DNA of 23,339 nucleotides from Tubulanus polymorphus (lineage: Eukaryota > Animalia > Nemertea): positions 1 to 23,339 of the forward strand of contig NW_027437491.1 of the NCBI RefSeq assembly GCF_964204645.1. Direction: 5' to 3'. The notes beneath the pieces were generated by a model. The model worked only from the letters and a program-made list of their open reading frames with translations. It was not told the origin of the DNA and made no database searches. Both the position numbers and the translations under genes were made by a program. Shown one piece after another: positions 10,936 through 22,238 of this stretch (position 1 is the stretch's first letter; every line of letters begins with the position of its first letter).

Positions 10936-11049
10936 GAAAATGGACCACCAAGTTCGATACAATTGGTGTGAAAGATTCCAATCAATCCGCAGTTGAATCA
11001 CATAGAGAGAGTCTTATGGTAGATATGAGTCAACTTTCCGCAACTGATG
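10936..11049 (+). CDS. Candidate internal exon copy 4 (114 nt): (G)KWTTKFDTIGVKDSNQSAVESHRESLMVDMSQLSATD(G)
   Basis: TTTTCACAG acceptor, GTAAAT donor, open frame. Confidence 0.55.
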
Positions 11050-11480
11050 GTAAATCAGTTTAGTTATTTCATACCTTTTTAGCCCACTAGGGAACGAAAG
11101 TCAATTTTTTTGGGATATTTCTCTAAAACTTTTGAACACATACCTGAATTTGATCTTCATACTACCAGTGAAACTGTTATATTGGGGGTTGACCGTAAAT
11201 CAATTTTAACAATATGTTTCCGCGCCTACCATTTGAAATTATAATCAAATCATCAAAAATCAATGGTTCGTAGGTATGGAAACTCAGGACGCATATTGTT
11301 AGAATTTCAAAAATGGCTTATTTTTTCTCATTTCAACATGCGAAAATGAAAACTTTTTGGCAATCCTTCAATACAGTGTAAAGTGGATATAAAAACGATG
11401 GTTTATTAATACTGCGCAGTTTGACTGGTCGTATTAAGGGTGCTCCTATCCCTTAATTATCAAAATTTTCCATTTTCGAC

Positions 11481-12132
11481 ATTATATTGATACCTAAACA
11501 TATTGTATTACCACAATCTATTGAAAGTTGTAGCTCATAAGGTGTTCTATGATTTTGGTTAGCTTCAAGGTCATCGGTTTTTGTATATGGTCACCAGGGG
11601 GCGTTAAATAATACAATAACTTAGTATTTCTATATTATGTCTGTACCTATGCATATTTTGTTACCACAATTAATTGCAAAGTTATAGCTCATGACATCGT
11701 CTATGTATGTGGTGAGTTTTAAGGACATGAGTTATTATATATGGTCACCAGGGGCGTTGAATAGTAGAATAACTTAGTATTTCCTTATAGATTGGTATCT
11801 AGGCATATTTTGTTACCATGATCAATTGCAAAGTTGTAGTTCATGACATGTTCTTTGATTGTGGTGAGTTTCGAGGTCATTGGGTTTTGCATATGGTCAC
11901 CAGGGGGCATTGAATAGTAGAATAACTTAGTATTTCCATATTAAATCGGTAACGAGGCATATTTTGTTATCACAATCAATTACAAAATCGTAGCTGTTGA
12001 CTTATTCTAATTGATTGTGGTGAGTTTCAGGGTCATTGGTTTTTGTATCTGGTTACCAGGGGCGCTGAATATTGAAATTGTTAGATTGTTGAGCATTTGA
12101 AACTACCTGGCATGGTGTCACTGGACTGCTAG
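11481..12132 (+). mobile_element. 5'-truncated HINE copy H4
   Basis: Four ~154-bp repeats and a diverged tail GGCATGGTGTCACTGGACTGCTAG; the head is absent. Confidence 0.75.
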
Positions 12133-13728
12133 TTTACTTATTTTTGAAGTTTTCATGGGGAATTTTGAGGACACTCTACTTGATCTATCAGATTGTATTC
12201 CTGAAGGGTGCGTCAGCATGAGAGAGATTTTGGGCAAATCGGATACAAGATGGCCGTCCTGTGACCTTTTTGTACCAAAAAATGTGACGTTATTACCACA
12301 AGAAATTGCAAGTTGTGCCAGTGCATGAAATGCTCTATCGTAATGGTAATTCTTGACATTTGCAGATTGTCAGGTATTTCACCAAGTACTTACTAATCAC
12401 CTTGAGGGACCCAATATGTTTGTTAAAGTCTATATTCATACTGAATATATATTATTTTTCACATGCCCCGTTTGAGGGAAATCTATGATAGAATGTATTT
12501 ATAACACAGTAAACCCAAAGTTAGATTGGTCTGGTCAAATCTATCATATGGATTATTTTGTATTATTAGGGCCCAACAGGTCGGTACAAACTATCATGTG
12601 GAATGTATTAGTTATTACAGAGGAAACCATCTGTTTGATTGACCCAATAGATAGGTACAATCTATAATCTATAATCTATAAAATGTAATAGGCCCTATAT
12701 CATTTATAAAAATATATTAATGCAATTGATATAATTTATTTATATACATGTATCTACCCTAGATACACTTTTTTACAAAATACTAGCTTAGTCAGAATCA
12801 ACATGGTTGACTGGCGGCCATTTTTTGTTTGCTGAAATCAGCATTTTTTACTTATTTTTGAAGTTTTCAAGGGAAATATTGAGGACACTCTGCTTGATCT
12901 ATCAGATTGCATTCCTGAAGGGTGCGTCAGCATGAGAGAGATTTTGGGTCAATCGGATGCAACATGGCCGTCCTGAGTTTTAAGGTCACATGAGCAATTG
13001 TAATTTAAAACATAACCAATACATATTCTTCAGATTATTCTCGGGTCGAAATTCAATATTATGATGTAGTGCAAAGTTGCAGATTATGTCCCTATGAACA
13101 TGTACATCAAGTTTTACAGGGATGCATTATTCATCATGGCCACCAAGCAGTGCTAAATATCAATGGTTGAAATTAACCGTAATAACATTTGAAAGCAGTT
13201 TAGTTTTACTAGTATATCATAAAGAATATATAAAGTTTAAAGGTCATACCTTTTTCGATATGCTGCCAGGCTGAGGCGATGTTTAATATACATACAATAT
13301 AATAGTGCACTTCCCGAGTTTCAATGTCACAATTTTGATATCCCTACCCAGGTAGCTTACTTTCAAAAAGGTTAATTTAAATAGCTCAAGTACCTGAACA
13401 AGTAGTGCCTCCCACTTTGACTGTGCACGTATGTTTTATATAATTTGACGGGTCATGTATTCAAATTGGTCAATTAAGGGAAAAAATGATACCTTGTTTC
13501 TCCGCTCTACCTAGCTTAAAGTTAATTTACCCTGCAGCCTATCTACCCAGTACATTATTTTTCTAATCACTATCAGGCATACAATTATAGACCCTGCAGC
13601 TATAGAAATGAACTGATTACAAATTTTATTGGAATTTACACTATTTCCCGGCAGCTGCAGAGAAACAAAGTATCATTTTTTAACCTAAACCAAATATAGA
13701 AATAAATGAATTTTCTTTCTTTTAATAG

Positions 13729-13953
13729 GCAGAATGAAAACACGAAGGCGCTGGTCATCGGATGAAGATAAAATATTTCATACGATCTTGCATTCGTTCC
13801 AACAGAATGCCTAATCGTGAACTTTTGGACGAAGCCACTAAAATGCTGACAAAGAAAATTATAAAAAAGAGAAAGATTCCAAATAAACTTATAATGATGT
13901 ATAATCCAGGTGTTTGTGTTAAATTCACAGGCTTTACCCAAATATCGATTTGA
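13729..13953 (+). pseudogene. Candidate degenerate 3' exon with a Myb/SANT-like helix (frameshifted)
   Basis: Strong acceptor TTTTCTTTCTTTTAATAG|GC in phase 1, compatible with the upstream exons. It reads (G)RMKTRRRWSSDEDKIF and stops at 13812. The +1 frame continues RSCIRSNRMPNRELLDEATKMLTKK, resembling the rest of a Myb-like domain. Confidence 0.4.
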
Positions 13954-14073
13954 TTTTTCTAGGAACCGTATACACATTAGACTGCGCTAAACTTGGATAA
14001 TTCCTAATTATTGATGTTTAGACAAACATGAGATCAAAATTGAACTGATCCCGATTAGCCAATGATAACAATT

Positions 14074-14185
14074 GAAACCTATTCAATTCTCAACCCCTTC
14101 TGACAAAGTTTGATTTAAACTTTGTCAGATGGGGTTGATATAGGTTTCGATAATACAAGACATAGTGGAATTAGGATTAAGGCCT
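14074..14185. repeat. Palindromic MITE remnant
   Basis: 22-bp arms TCAACCCCTTCTGACAAAGTTT (14090-14111) and AAACTTTGTCAGATGGGGTTGA (14117-14138), one mismatch, 5-nt loop, plus outer GAAACCTAT/ATAGGTTTC. It ends in GGATTAAGGCC-TA. Confidence 0.65.
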
Positions 14186-15763
14186 ACGTGTATGCGCAAG
14201 CACTCTTCGATTTTGAAGGATAAACTACATGTATATTGATGACTATGCTGAGTTGATTTAGTAATTTGGTGAATTCAAAGGAAGGAACAGTGCAGGAACT
14301 TCCTCACATTGCCAAACGTTTCCATGTGGATATGCAGCGGCACTTGAATATGCCATATTACATGAATCCATACATCCCTTCCATTCTCTTGGATTATGCC
14401 AATGCAGTACCGTGAAAACAGAAAATAAAATTATTTCACAGGAAACCACTTAGAATGGTCTATTAAAGTCTCCCATATGGGTATCGGAATGTATAAGTTT
14501 GATATAAGACCATATTTGACCCAATAGATAGTACAATCATGTATCATGTGATATATATTAGTTACTACAGAAAACCAACTGTTTGATGGACCCAACAGAT
14601 AGGTACAAATATCAAAAGAAATATATTAGTTATTACTGAGGGCCCCAATATGTCTGTTTAATATTATCTCATAAACTCAACAGTTTGAAACGGGGGAAAT
14701 CTTATGATATGAAATGAGAGACTACGTAGAAAAAACCAGTGCCTGTGGCTACTAGTCGACAATTTCTAAATTAATTTTCCTGTGCGATTTGGTTTCGTAC
14801 AATTGAGAGACTACTTTTTTCAGTAGGGCATCTTTTGGATCACATCACTGGAAATTGGCTTGTGCTTTTGGGCCCCTTCGTTGGTTATCTACAAATGTTT
14901 CATATAAGCTATCGACCACAATGCTGACACCGAGATGGTCAGAAACTGACCAATTGAGATATGATCCCCGAGTCTGAACGATTCAGACTTCGAATGTCGG
15001 AAAATTCTCAAGCCATGTTTGTTTACAAACTACCAAGTATTCATCATTGCAAATTCATAAGCTGACCAACACTGACCACTACTGACGAATTACAATTTCA
15101 CGAACATGAGAACGATATACCGCGTTTGGTGTGAAACTAGAAAAGATTCGCCATTGAAGATTCATAAATTGACCATTGACCACCAATGACCAATTCAAAA
15201 CGAATAAGATCACAATACAATGATTTACCCCCACTTTCATCCAACAGCACGATACCATTTAATTGAATCATTAAACGCATTGGGCTTCTGATATTTGAAA
15301 TCATTTGTTACAATGAAGTTGATCCTAAGACTTGATCACCTGCGCTACAGAAAACGTACAAGACGAAATTTTAAGATTGTAAAATCCGATTAGGTGATCG
15401 TCATTATGACGACAGCTCCATCTCTGTAATTCTTAAGAGATTAGAACCACTTCTGGGTCGTCAATACAATTAAACTTTGACTCGAAATAATGTTTAATTT
15501 ACTAATTTGAATAAGCAGTTCAAACTTGGGACTCATAAGGTGATGACCCAATAGACCTGTACATAATGTTTCCGCAGTTTGAGGCACCCAATAAGTCTGT
15601 TAAATCTATGGAATATATAATTTTTAGTATGAACCCATATAGGTCCCAATAGGTAAGTAAAGTCTACCATATGAATATATATAAAATTATGTACCGTACA
15701 GTAATATCAGGATACACAGCCGACATCGGGGATTCGTGATTAAATATTCACATCTTAGATGAA

Positions 15764-15875
15764 TTCTAGAGGCCATAAGAGCTAATTTTGACCACTTTGA
15801 CCAATTTTCTAGAGGCCATAAGAGCTAATTTTGACCACTTTGACCAATTTTCTAGAGGCCATAAGAGCTAATTTT
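15764..15875. repeat. 43-bp tandem repeat, ~2.6 copies
   Basis: TTCTAGAGGCCATAAGAGCTAATTTT... recurs at 15764, 15807 and 15850. Confidence 0.9.
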
Positions 15876-16911
15876 TTTAAAAATACATTTTCTTTTCTTC
15901 CAAATTTCCTAGATCCGCCTGGTAATGAAAATGGCATCTTAGGTACCGGGTATACGATTGATACTATTGAGTCAAAACTTCATCAAAATCGAAAACAAAT
16001 GGTTCAATTGGATCGAAGATTTAGATTTGTTTAAATCCGTTTACTGGGCAACTTTCATGAAAAAAACCTGCCTGGTTCAGTGCGGCCGCCTACCGTAAAC
16101 ACTTGTTTTTCTGGTCATTCCACCTGATGATGGCTGTGGTTTCATAGTAATAAATTTGATCGTATAATCTTAAATTTGAAGTGTAGGATTTCTTCATTTA
16201 TCTACAGTATACACGGATTATAGTGTTTATTCGACATCTATTAAGCAATCCTTTAGCTAAGACTATCTCAGTGGTTATTATTGTGGCATTTCACTGTCAA
16301 AGGGCTATGCTTACAACAACTTAAATTGGACAGCTCATATATGACCAAACTCAAACTTGTTCTTTTGTTACATGTGGCCCGTACACAGAAAATCCCAACT
16401 GCTTTAAATATCACCGTATTTGTGCCTCAGAACAAAATGCTGCTGTTTGCAATTCGGACTAATTTGATACTCCCCCCCCCCCTTAAATGCAGAATAACAT
16501 TTATTATGGCGTCTTGGGTTATTCAATTATTGGTGCGGCATGTCGCTTTACGGTCGTAGGTGGCACGTCCCTGATCGAGTAGCTAGGCGTTCGCGTTCGG
16601 TATTTTTGAAAAGCGTCGGCTGTTTGCGAGGCCGGTGGTGTATCGGAGGGTGCGAGGCTGGTTGTGTATCGGGGGTGTATGGAGATGACTATTACAAAGG
16701 AAACGAACCGTTCTGTTGGTCTCGAAATCATATACCGGGTACCCGATATACCGGTATGCTATTTAAGTTTTATACAAGACCCAATAAGGACTGTCGTGCC
16801 CCGAATTCTCTGCTGGTGCTTGAGTCCCAGGTCTCAAATGGTCGTTCTATCTATCATGTGGAATGGCATGCAATGGGCTATAACACATTGAAAACCCAAT
16901 ATTCGAGGGAC

Positions 16912-16933
16912 TGTGTGTGTATGTGTGTGTGTG
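16912..16933. repeat. Imperfect (TG)n microsatellite
   Basis: TGTGTGTGTATGTGTGTGTGTG. Confidence 0.85.
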
Positions 16934-17185
16934 TAATGGTCCTATGGATCAGTTTCGTATAAAAACATGACCCACTAATACTGTATCAGATTAGTGTGGA
17001 GTATATATTTGTTACGAAAGCGTCGACTTATTTCGCAATATCCGAGTCTAAATTCATTTATTTGTCTATCCATTAATAAATCAGCCATACCTTTTTCATC
17101 AAAATGAACAATACATGAAACAGCATATTTGTATAACAAAATCGTCAACCGGTCGCATAACGAAGGCCTGCCCTTATGAAAATGG

Positions 17186-17370
17186 TACACGTGTATTTAG
17201 CTAAATACACGTGTAATATGAAATTACACGTGTACTTTTGACGTGTATTTTGAAATACACGTGTAACTTATGACGTGTATTTTAAAAACACGTGTAAATT
17301 CATATGTGGCTTCTGAAATACACGTGCAATCTGGATGCATGTACTAGGCTAAAAAATTATACATGTACCT
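17186..17370. repeat. Left subterminal array of the TACACGTGTA palindrome
   Basis: About 8-9 exact or degenerate copies at ~15-30-bp spacing. Confidence 0.9.
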
Positions 17371-17702
17371 TGTTTCTCATAATTGGTCACTTTTGTAATC
17401 TGCAATAAAATTTGTAATTACATCATTTAGCATCACATGATTTTATTAAAAGTAAGATTGTGCATGTAATGTTTGAGAAATTGAAGGAATCTCCTGTCTT
17501 TTTAATTATTTGATCCTCATTTAGTAGTTTTTTCCAGGATGCCGTGTCAAAAAAGTCATGTTGTTTGTCCTGTATTGACTAGATTGGATCCTGTATGAAT
17601 GAAGCACATGTCTTTGTTGCCCCTTGAATAAATCCAAAAACTGTTTCACAAAAATCATGATCTGAACAAAAAATTTTGGATATTTTTCATTTATTATCAA
17701 GA

Positions 17703-17735
17703 TAACTAGAGGCTTAGGGGACTGCCCAAGCCCCG
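17703..17735 (-). mobile_element. 3' end (hairpin + CTAG-TT) of a different Helitron/Helentron-type element
   Basis: The minus strand reads CGGGGCTTGGGCAGTCCCCTAAGCCTCTAGTT, the same tail architecture as the HINEs. It sits where transposase similarity ends. Confidence 0.4.
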
Positions 17736-17749
17736 AATTACAATGTTAT

Positions 17750-18442
17750 TTATGAAAAATGTTGAATATATTGCTGTCACCAGCTCGAAGTGTTCTGCTT
17801 TCCTTGTAGGCCCATTCATTAATTTTGCTAGCTAGCTCTTCTTAGCCGAGGAGTCTTTTCAGTTGTTCATTAACGGGCATGTACACAAAAAAATGTCCTT
17901 TTTCCTCTAATGTTGCCTTATCATACTGTATAACACATAATGAACATTTGTATCATACCTGCAGTTTTTTGAATAATGTCTTATATACGGGGCAGTAATA
18001 TTTGTTCACCTCCGGACATAGAGAAAATCTTTTGAAAATAGGGTAATTAGAACTGCGTAGAACCGCTTCTCAGTAACAGTAAATTCAACTGATCCAACAA
18101 TCCAGTCAAAACAGTTGATGTGGATCCAGCTTTGAGGGAGAACGCCATAATAGTAGTAACAGCCCCACGATGGTTCACCTCAGCATTTGTGTGGAGAGGA
18201 TCATCTATTTCCATCAATGAGCTGTGGCTGCAAAACAGATTAAACATTTTTGTGATTGGTCAAGTTCATATCGGATGAGTAGATTGGCAATTAAGATTGC
18301 ATTTTTAGTCATAAGGCACTGTATTACTAACTTACGTTGTCATAACCATTGTCTGCATTATTGGTGGATTGTGGCCATTTTCAATTCTTAAATCTTCCAG
18401 ATTCTCAAAATCCACTTCTTGAAAAATCGAAATGTCCATCAT
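17750..18442 (-). pseudogene. N-terminal part of an EnSpm/CMC-type transposase, spliced, with a frameshift and stops
   Basis: Exon 18442-18336 (MMDISIFQEV..., donor GTAAGT) joins in frame to the exon from 18227 (acceptor TTTTGCAG): DDPLHTNAEVNHRGAVTTIMAFSLKAGSTSTVLTGLLDQLNLLL. After a shift it reads SNYPIFKRF..KYYCPVY..*YKCSLC..YD..KGHFFVYMPVNEQLKRLL..DSNIFNIF. This follows the helix, CxxC..CxxC, F-Y-P-QL and DIYDG layout I recall from animal EnSpm transposases. No catalytic core is seen. Confidence 0.7.
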
Positions 18443-19760
18443 TTAGCAACATATTACCATCTACAAAACAAAAAGTAATTTGAGATTAAATTATTCCCAA
18501 ATAGAACCCATATAGAACTTAAGGCTACAGTAGGCCTATACGACGTAGGTTGATTTCCAGCTAGCGATTTTGTAGCCTATTGTTGCGATGAACAGTAAAC
18601 CTCATGCATAACATACCAGATCGGACCTGGATTAAAAGATTAACTAACAACATTAACATTAAACTAAACAATTGACCTATGCAATTGCATAATTCTCCAT
18701 GTCTCTTGTTTGTCCTGTCAACTTTATTGAACTGTCAAACCAATAATATACATGTTTATTGATATTGATAAGGACCAATAAAGTCAATTTGATTTGCTTA
18801 CATTTAAAATGATCTTACCTTCAAATGTTTAACATGTAGGCCTACTCGCGTATTTTCACTGGCCTTTTTACTTGCAATTTTCTTTTTCAAACTCCATGCT
18901 TGCAAAAGACGAATTCGGTTGGTGTATATCGATATTTACGGGTAATTTTCCACTAAAAAGCGCATCTTTGTGTTACTTGTCTTCCATTTTGGAACACTAC
19001 CAAAATGAAAACCTCACTGACGAACTGACGAGCTCTAGATAAATGGTTTTCATGAACAGAAAAACAACCTAGACAAAATAATCTCATCTAAATGTTGAAT
19101 TAAATAGTTAGAGGCCTTATTCATGCACCTTTTTGTCTATTTTTATAATACAGCGTATATTAAAATGATCGTCATTTCTTCACTGAATCGTTATTTTCAA
19201 TTTACTTAATTGATTTTGCCTTAGCTTCATATTAACCCTTAGTATAAGTAATTTTTGCTAATTAAATATCACTTAACACGATTATTTTTTAATTCTAATT
19301 GAACTAAAATGCAGACATAAAACTTATTAATAATTAAATAATTTATTTCAATTAAACTCCCAAGCACCCCTGCGCGGTGGCAGCCATATTGCCATTGTTA
19401 AGCAACACGTTTTCACAGGTTTTCACCATCTATTCTATTCTCATAATGATTGCAAAACGCAATAATGGATGACAATCAGTCCATAAAAGGGGATCATTGA
19501 CAACTGGGCCGAAAGTGACACTGTTTCTTTGTTTGAGGTCAAACACATAGTGGATCCTTGAATGGATCATTGAATTAGATTCATTAGAATGGATTGGAAG
19601 AATGGAAGTGGAAGAACAAAAAAGTCGAAGGCCATTTATTATTATCCCGCGTATAAAGGACGCGTTGTGGATTGTTCAGGTATGATTATTGTTATGTAGT
19701 AAAGTAAAGGTTTATAGGTCACTAAAAGAATATGTTTATTTGAATGAAAAGCAACATGAC

Positions 19761-20308
19761 CTAATGTCTATTTATTAATTGATGAGACCTGTTTTTCTGG
19801 GATATTTTGCTTACTTTTTGGGGTACATACCTCATTTATGTCTTAACAGAATGCCAAAAATCGCGGACAACAACTGAATATCCGATATATTTCCAGTTCT
19901 GTACCAATTAGATGGATTGGCAAAAAGACTCCTTAAGTCCAGTTGAATGAGAGAGAAAATCCTCCATTTTGTCAAGTTTCTTGGATTTGAACATTGTTAC
20001 CATGCCTACGCCACCCTGATTTAGTTGTTGAGACTCCACAAGAAAAATAACTTCATTTCGTAAGCATGGTGACAATGTAAAAATTCAAGAAATTTCACAA
20101 AATGGAGGATTTTCTCTCTCATTCAATTGGACTTAAGGAGTCTTTTTGCCAATCCATCTAATTGGTACTGAACTGGAAATATATCGGATATTCAGTTGTT
20201 GTCCGCGATTTTTGGCATTCTGTTAAGACATAAATGAGGTATGTACCCCAAAAATTAAGCAAAATATCCAAGAAAAACAGGTCTCATCCATTAATAAATA
20301 GACATTAG
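19761..20308. mobile_element. 548-bp foldback MITE with 250-bp inverted arms
   Basis: Arms 19761-20010 and 20059-20308 are near-perfect reverse complements around a 48-nt spacer. The TSD is unclear. Confidence 0.9.
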
Positions 20309-21106
20309 TATTGAATTTGAATTAGTTAGCATAGTATTAGTAGGCCTTAAATGATTGAATGTCCAGTGAAAAAATTGTAAATGATCATTCCAATTGTGAG
20401 GGATAAAAACGGAGTGTCTTTGGTGTTTATGCATCCAATCTAAAAACTGCAGGGTCATTTAGATTTTGTTGTGCGCCCATCATCGCCATTAAACTTGTAT
20501 GCTGGACATGAAATTAGGTCGCTGTCGGAGTTTCGACTGGGGGCAAAAACCACGTTAGTGCAATCAATTCTTGACCATTTTTTTTCAAACTTTATAGGGT
20601 ATACACCAATAAGAATTGATCCAAGGACAGACACTATAAAATTGGAATTCCCGTTTTTTTGGCTTAAAAATGTGTCCACTGGGGGATTGTTGGAAAACGA
20701 TGTTAGCGCGAGAGAGCCTTCAATTCTCCACTGATTTCTCAACAACGACAGCGTGATGAAAATCAGGTATTTACATTATATATTATATGAGCGTCGGAAT
20801 GGTTTTAGTAAAGATTATAGCGTAAGCATTGTAAATTCTTCTCATTTTAGGATGCCTACTCACTATTGGATGATACAACAGCTGCTGCCATACGCTGATT
20901 AGTCGGAAAACCTAATACTGTTGGGTGCATGCATGCTGTTGTCCACTCATTTAAAAGAAGAACTAATTGTCAAGGCATTGGACTGGATGTGACGCAATGA
21001 AAGTCTTCCATGAGGAAAAAAGTTGGACCCAAACCGGGTCAGCTAAATAATACGTAAGTACATGAATTCAATATATAATGGCTAGCATTCATTTGTTGTT
21101 GTTTTA

Positions 21107-21275
21107 CAGGGGCGGATCCAAGCTGGAAGAACGAGGGTTCAGCTCTTATGAAAAGGGCACTAGTCAATACAAGTCTCCCTGTGTGAAACGGTTGTATGGG
21201 GTTTGTGCACTTTGATCATTGGGTGGAATTTTTCACCTGTGATTCAAAAGGGCACTTGGTCAGAAAAGGGGAGGG
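21107..21275 (+). mobile_element. Fragment of a CAGGGGCGGATCCA-headed (hAT-like) MITE
   Basis: It starts CAGGGGCGGATCCA and contains AAAAGGGCACT twice. No matching right TIR is visible. Confidence 0.35.
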
Positions 21276-21464
21276 TTTAACGTTTAATATGGCGCTCAAT
21301 GCGAACAATCACTGTGGCCTGATGCGTTGGGTGATTCAGTCGCAGGACGTGTTGGATTCGGGCGATTCAGTCGGCGCAGACCCTGACAAACTAGGTGATT
21401 TTACCGACGATTTCGTTGCACAACTTAAGTGCTCGACGAAATTGCCTAATGTGTCCCCAGCTTT

Positions 21465-22238
21465 AGCCCATTTGAGACGTAAGTCCAAGCAAGCGGGCTA
21501 TTGCATTCACCCTTTGTTCGTCTGTAGATGGAATCCAGTATTTTGGGAAGTTTTAATACTCTTGATATTTAAGTTACACACATATCTATCCTAGACATGT
21601 CTTCAGCCCAAAACTGGTCCGAATCAAGATGGCCAACTGCATTGGCCATTTTCGTTCCCCAAAATCATCACTTATGCAATTTTTTGAAGTTTTCAATGGA
21701 GATTTTGAAGATGAAGATGGCCATCTTGACACAAGATGGCCATCATGTGACCTTTTTTGTACCCAAAAAGGTCATTTTTGCCTTTGAAATTTGTGATGGG
21801 TATACATTTCTTAACAATCTAAAACATACGAGACAGATTTTTTGGATCAGTCAAGCATGACACATTTGGCAGCCATCTTGGTGTCATCAGTTCTCATTCG
21901 TAGATAGAAGAAGGTTTTTGAAGGAAAATATCGACGGGTTTTGACTTATAGTCTTGATATTTGATAATTGTTACCACTGTTGTAGTATTCACCTCATGTG
22001 GAATTGGGGTTACCCAGGTTTTTGTTCTCACCACCAGGGGGAGTTGAGTATTGAATTATATACAATTTGTCTAATTTATTTTGGTACCTATGCATACATT
22101 ATAACATCGATCAATTGTAAAATTGTAGCTTGTGACATGTTCTATGATTGTGGTGAGTTTCAATGTCCTGTTTCTATTTCATTATGTTGATTGTTTAGCA
22201 TTCGTAACCATACGGGAATGGTGTCCCTAGACCCCTTG
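21465..22238 (+). mobile_element. Older, internally deleted HINE copy H5 in an intron of the BEN-like gene
   Basis: Head AGCCCATTTGAGAC..AAGCGGGCTATTGCATTCAC, body homologous to H1-H3, tail ATGGTGTCCCTAGACCCCTTGTT. Confidence 0.8.

Larger units (their letters stand above)
2978..12975 (+). repeat. Tandem segmental duplication of a ~1.2-kb unit (exon + foldback module + GACCCAATAG module + old HINE fragment), stretched to ~2.5-kb spacing by HINE insertions
   Basis: Exon starts at 3424, 6058, 8482 and 10936. Subtracting the inserted HINEs (1431 and 1263 bp) from two of the intervals leaves ~1.2 kb each. The modules recur in the same order with high identity. Confidence 0.9.

Noticed and set aside
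3768-10996. Recurrent ORFs such as MGYTCIYPRH..., MVRINMVDWW... and MFAEVSTF...
   Set aside because: They lie within non-coding HINE sequence, their starts and stops differ between copies, and there are no Rep/helicase motifs.
14258-14449. Minus-strand ORF or SET-like YCI..ENGR fragment
   Set aside because: The similarity is too weak, there is no canonical acceptor, and no supporting neighbouring exons are seen.
15697-16097. Complete Tc1/mariner-type MITE ending GCGGCCGCCTACCG-TA
   Set aside because: Only one plausible terminus is visible, with no matching inverted end.
16281-16962. Overlapping ORFs in a GC-richer patch
   Set aside because: No recognisable domain or exon structure, and one ORF runs through a (TG)n repeat.
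20455-20870. Ulp1/SUMO-protease-like gene (GLLENDV...DAY resembles WLNDEVIDAY)
   Set aside because: No catalytic His/Asp/Cys motifs follow, and the downstream exon fits a BEN domain better.
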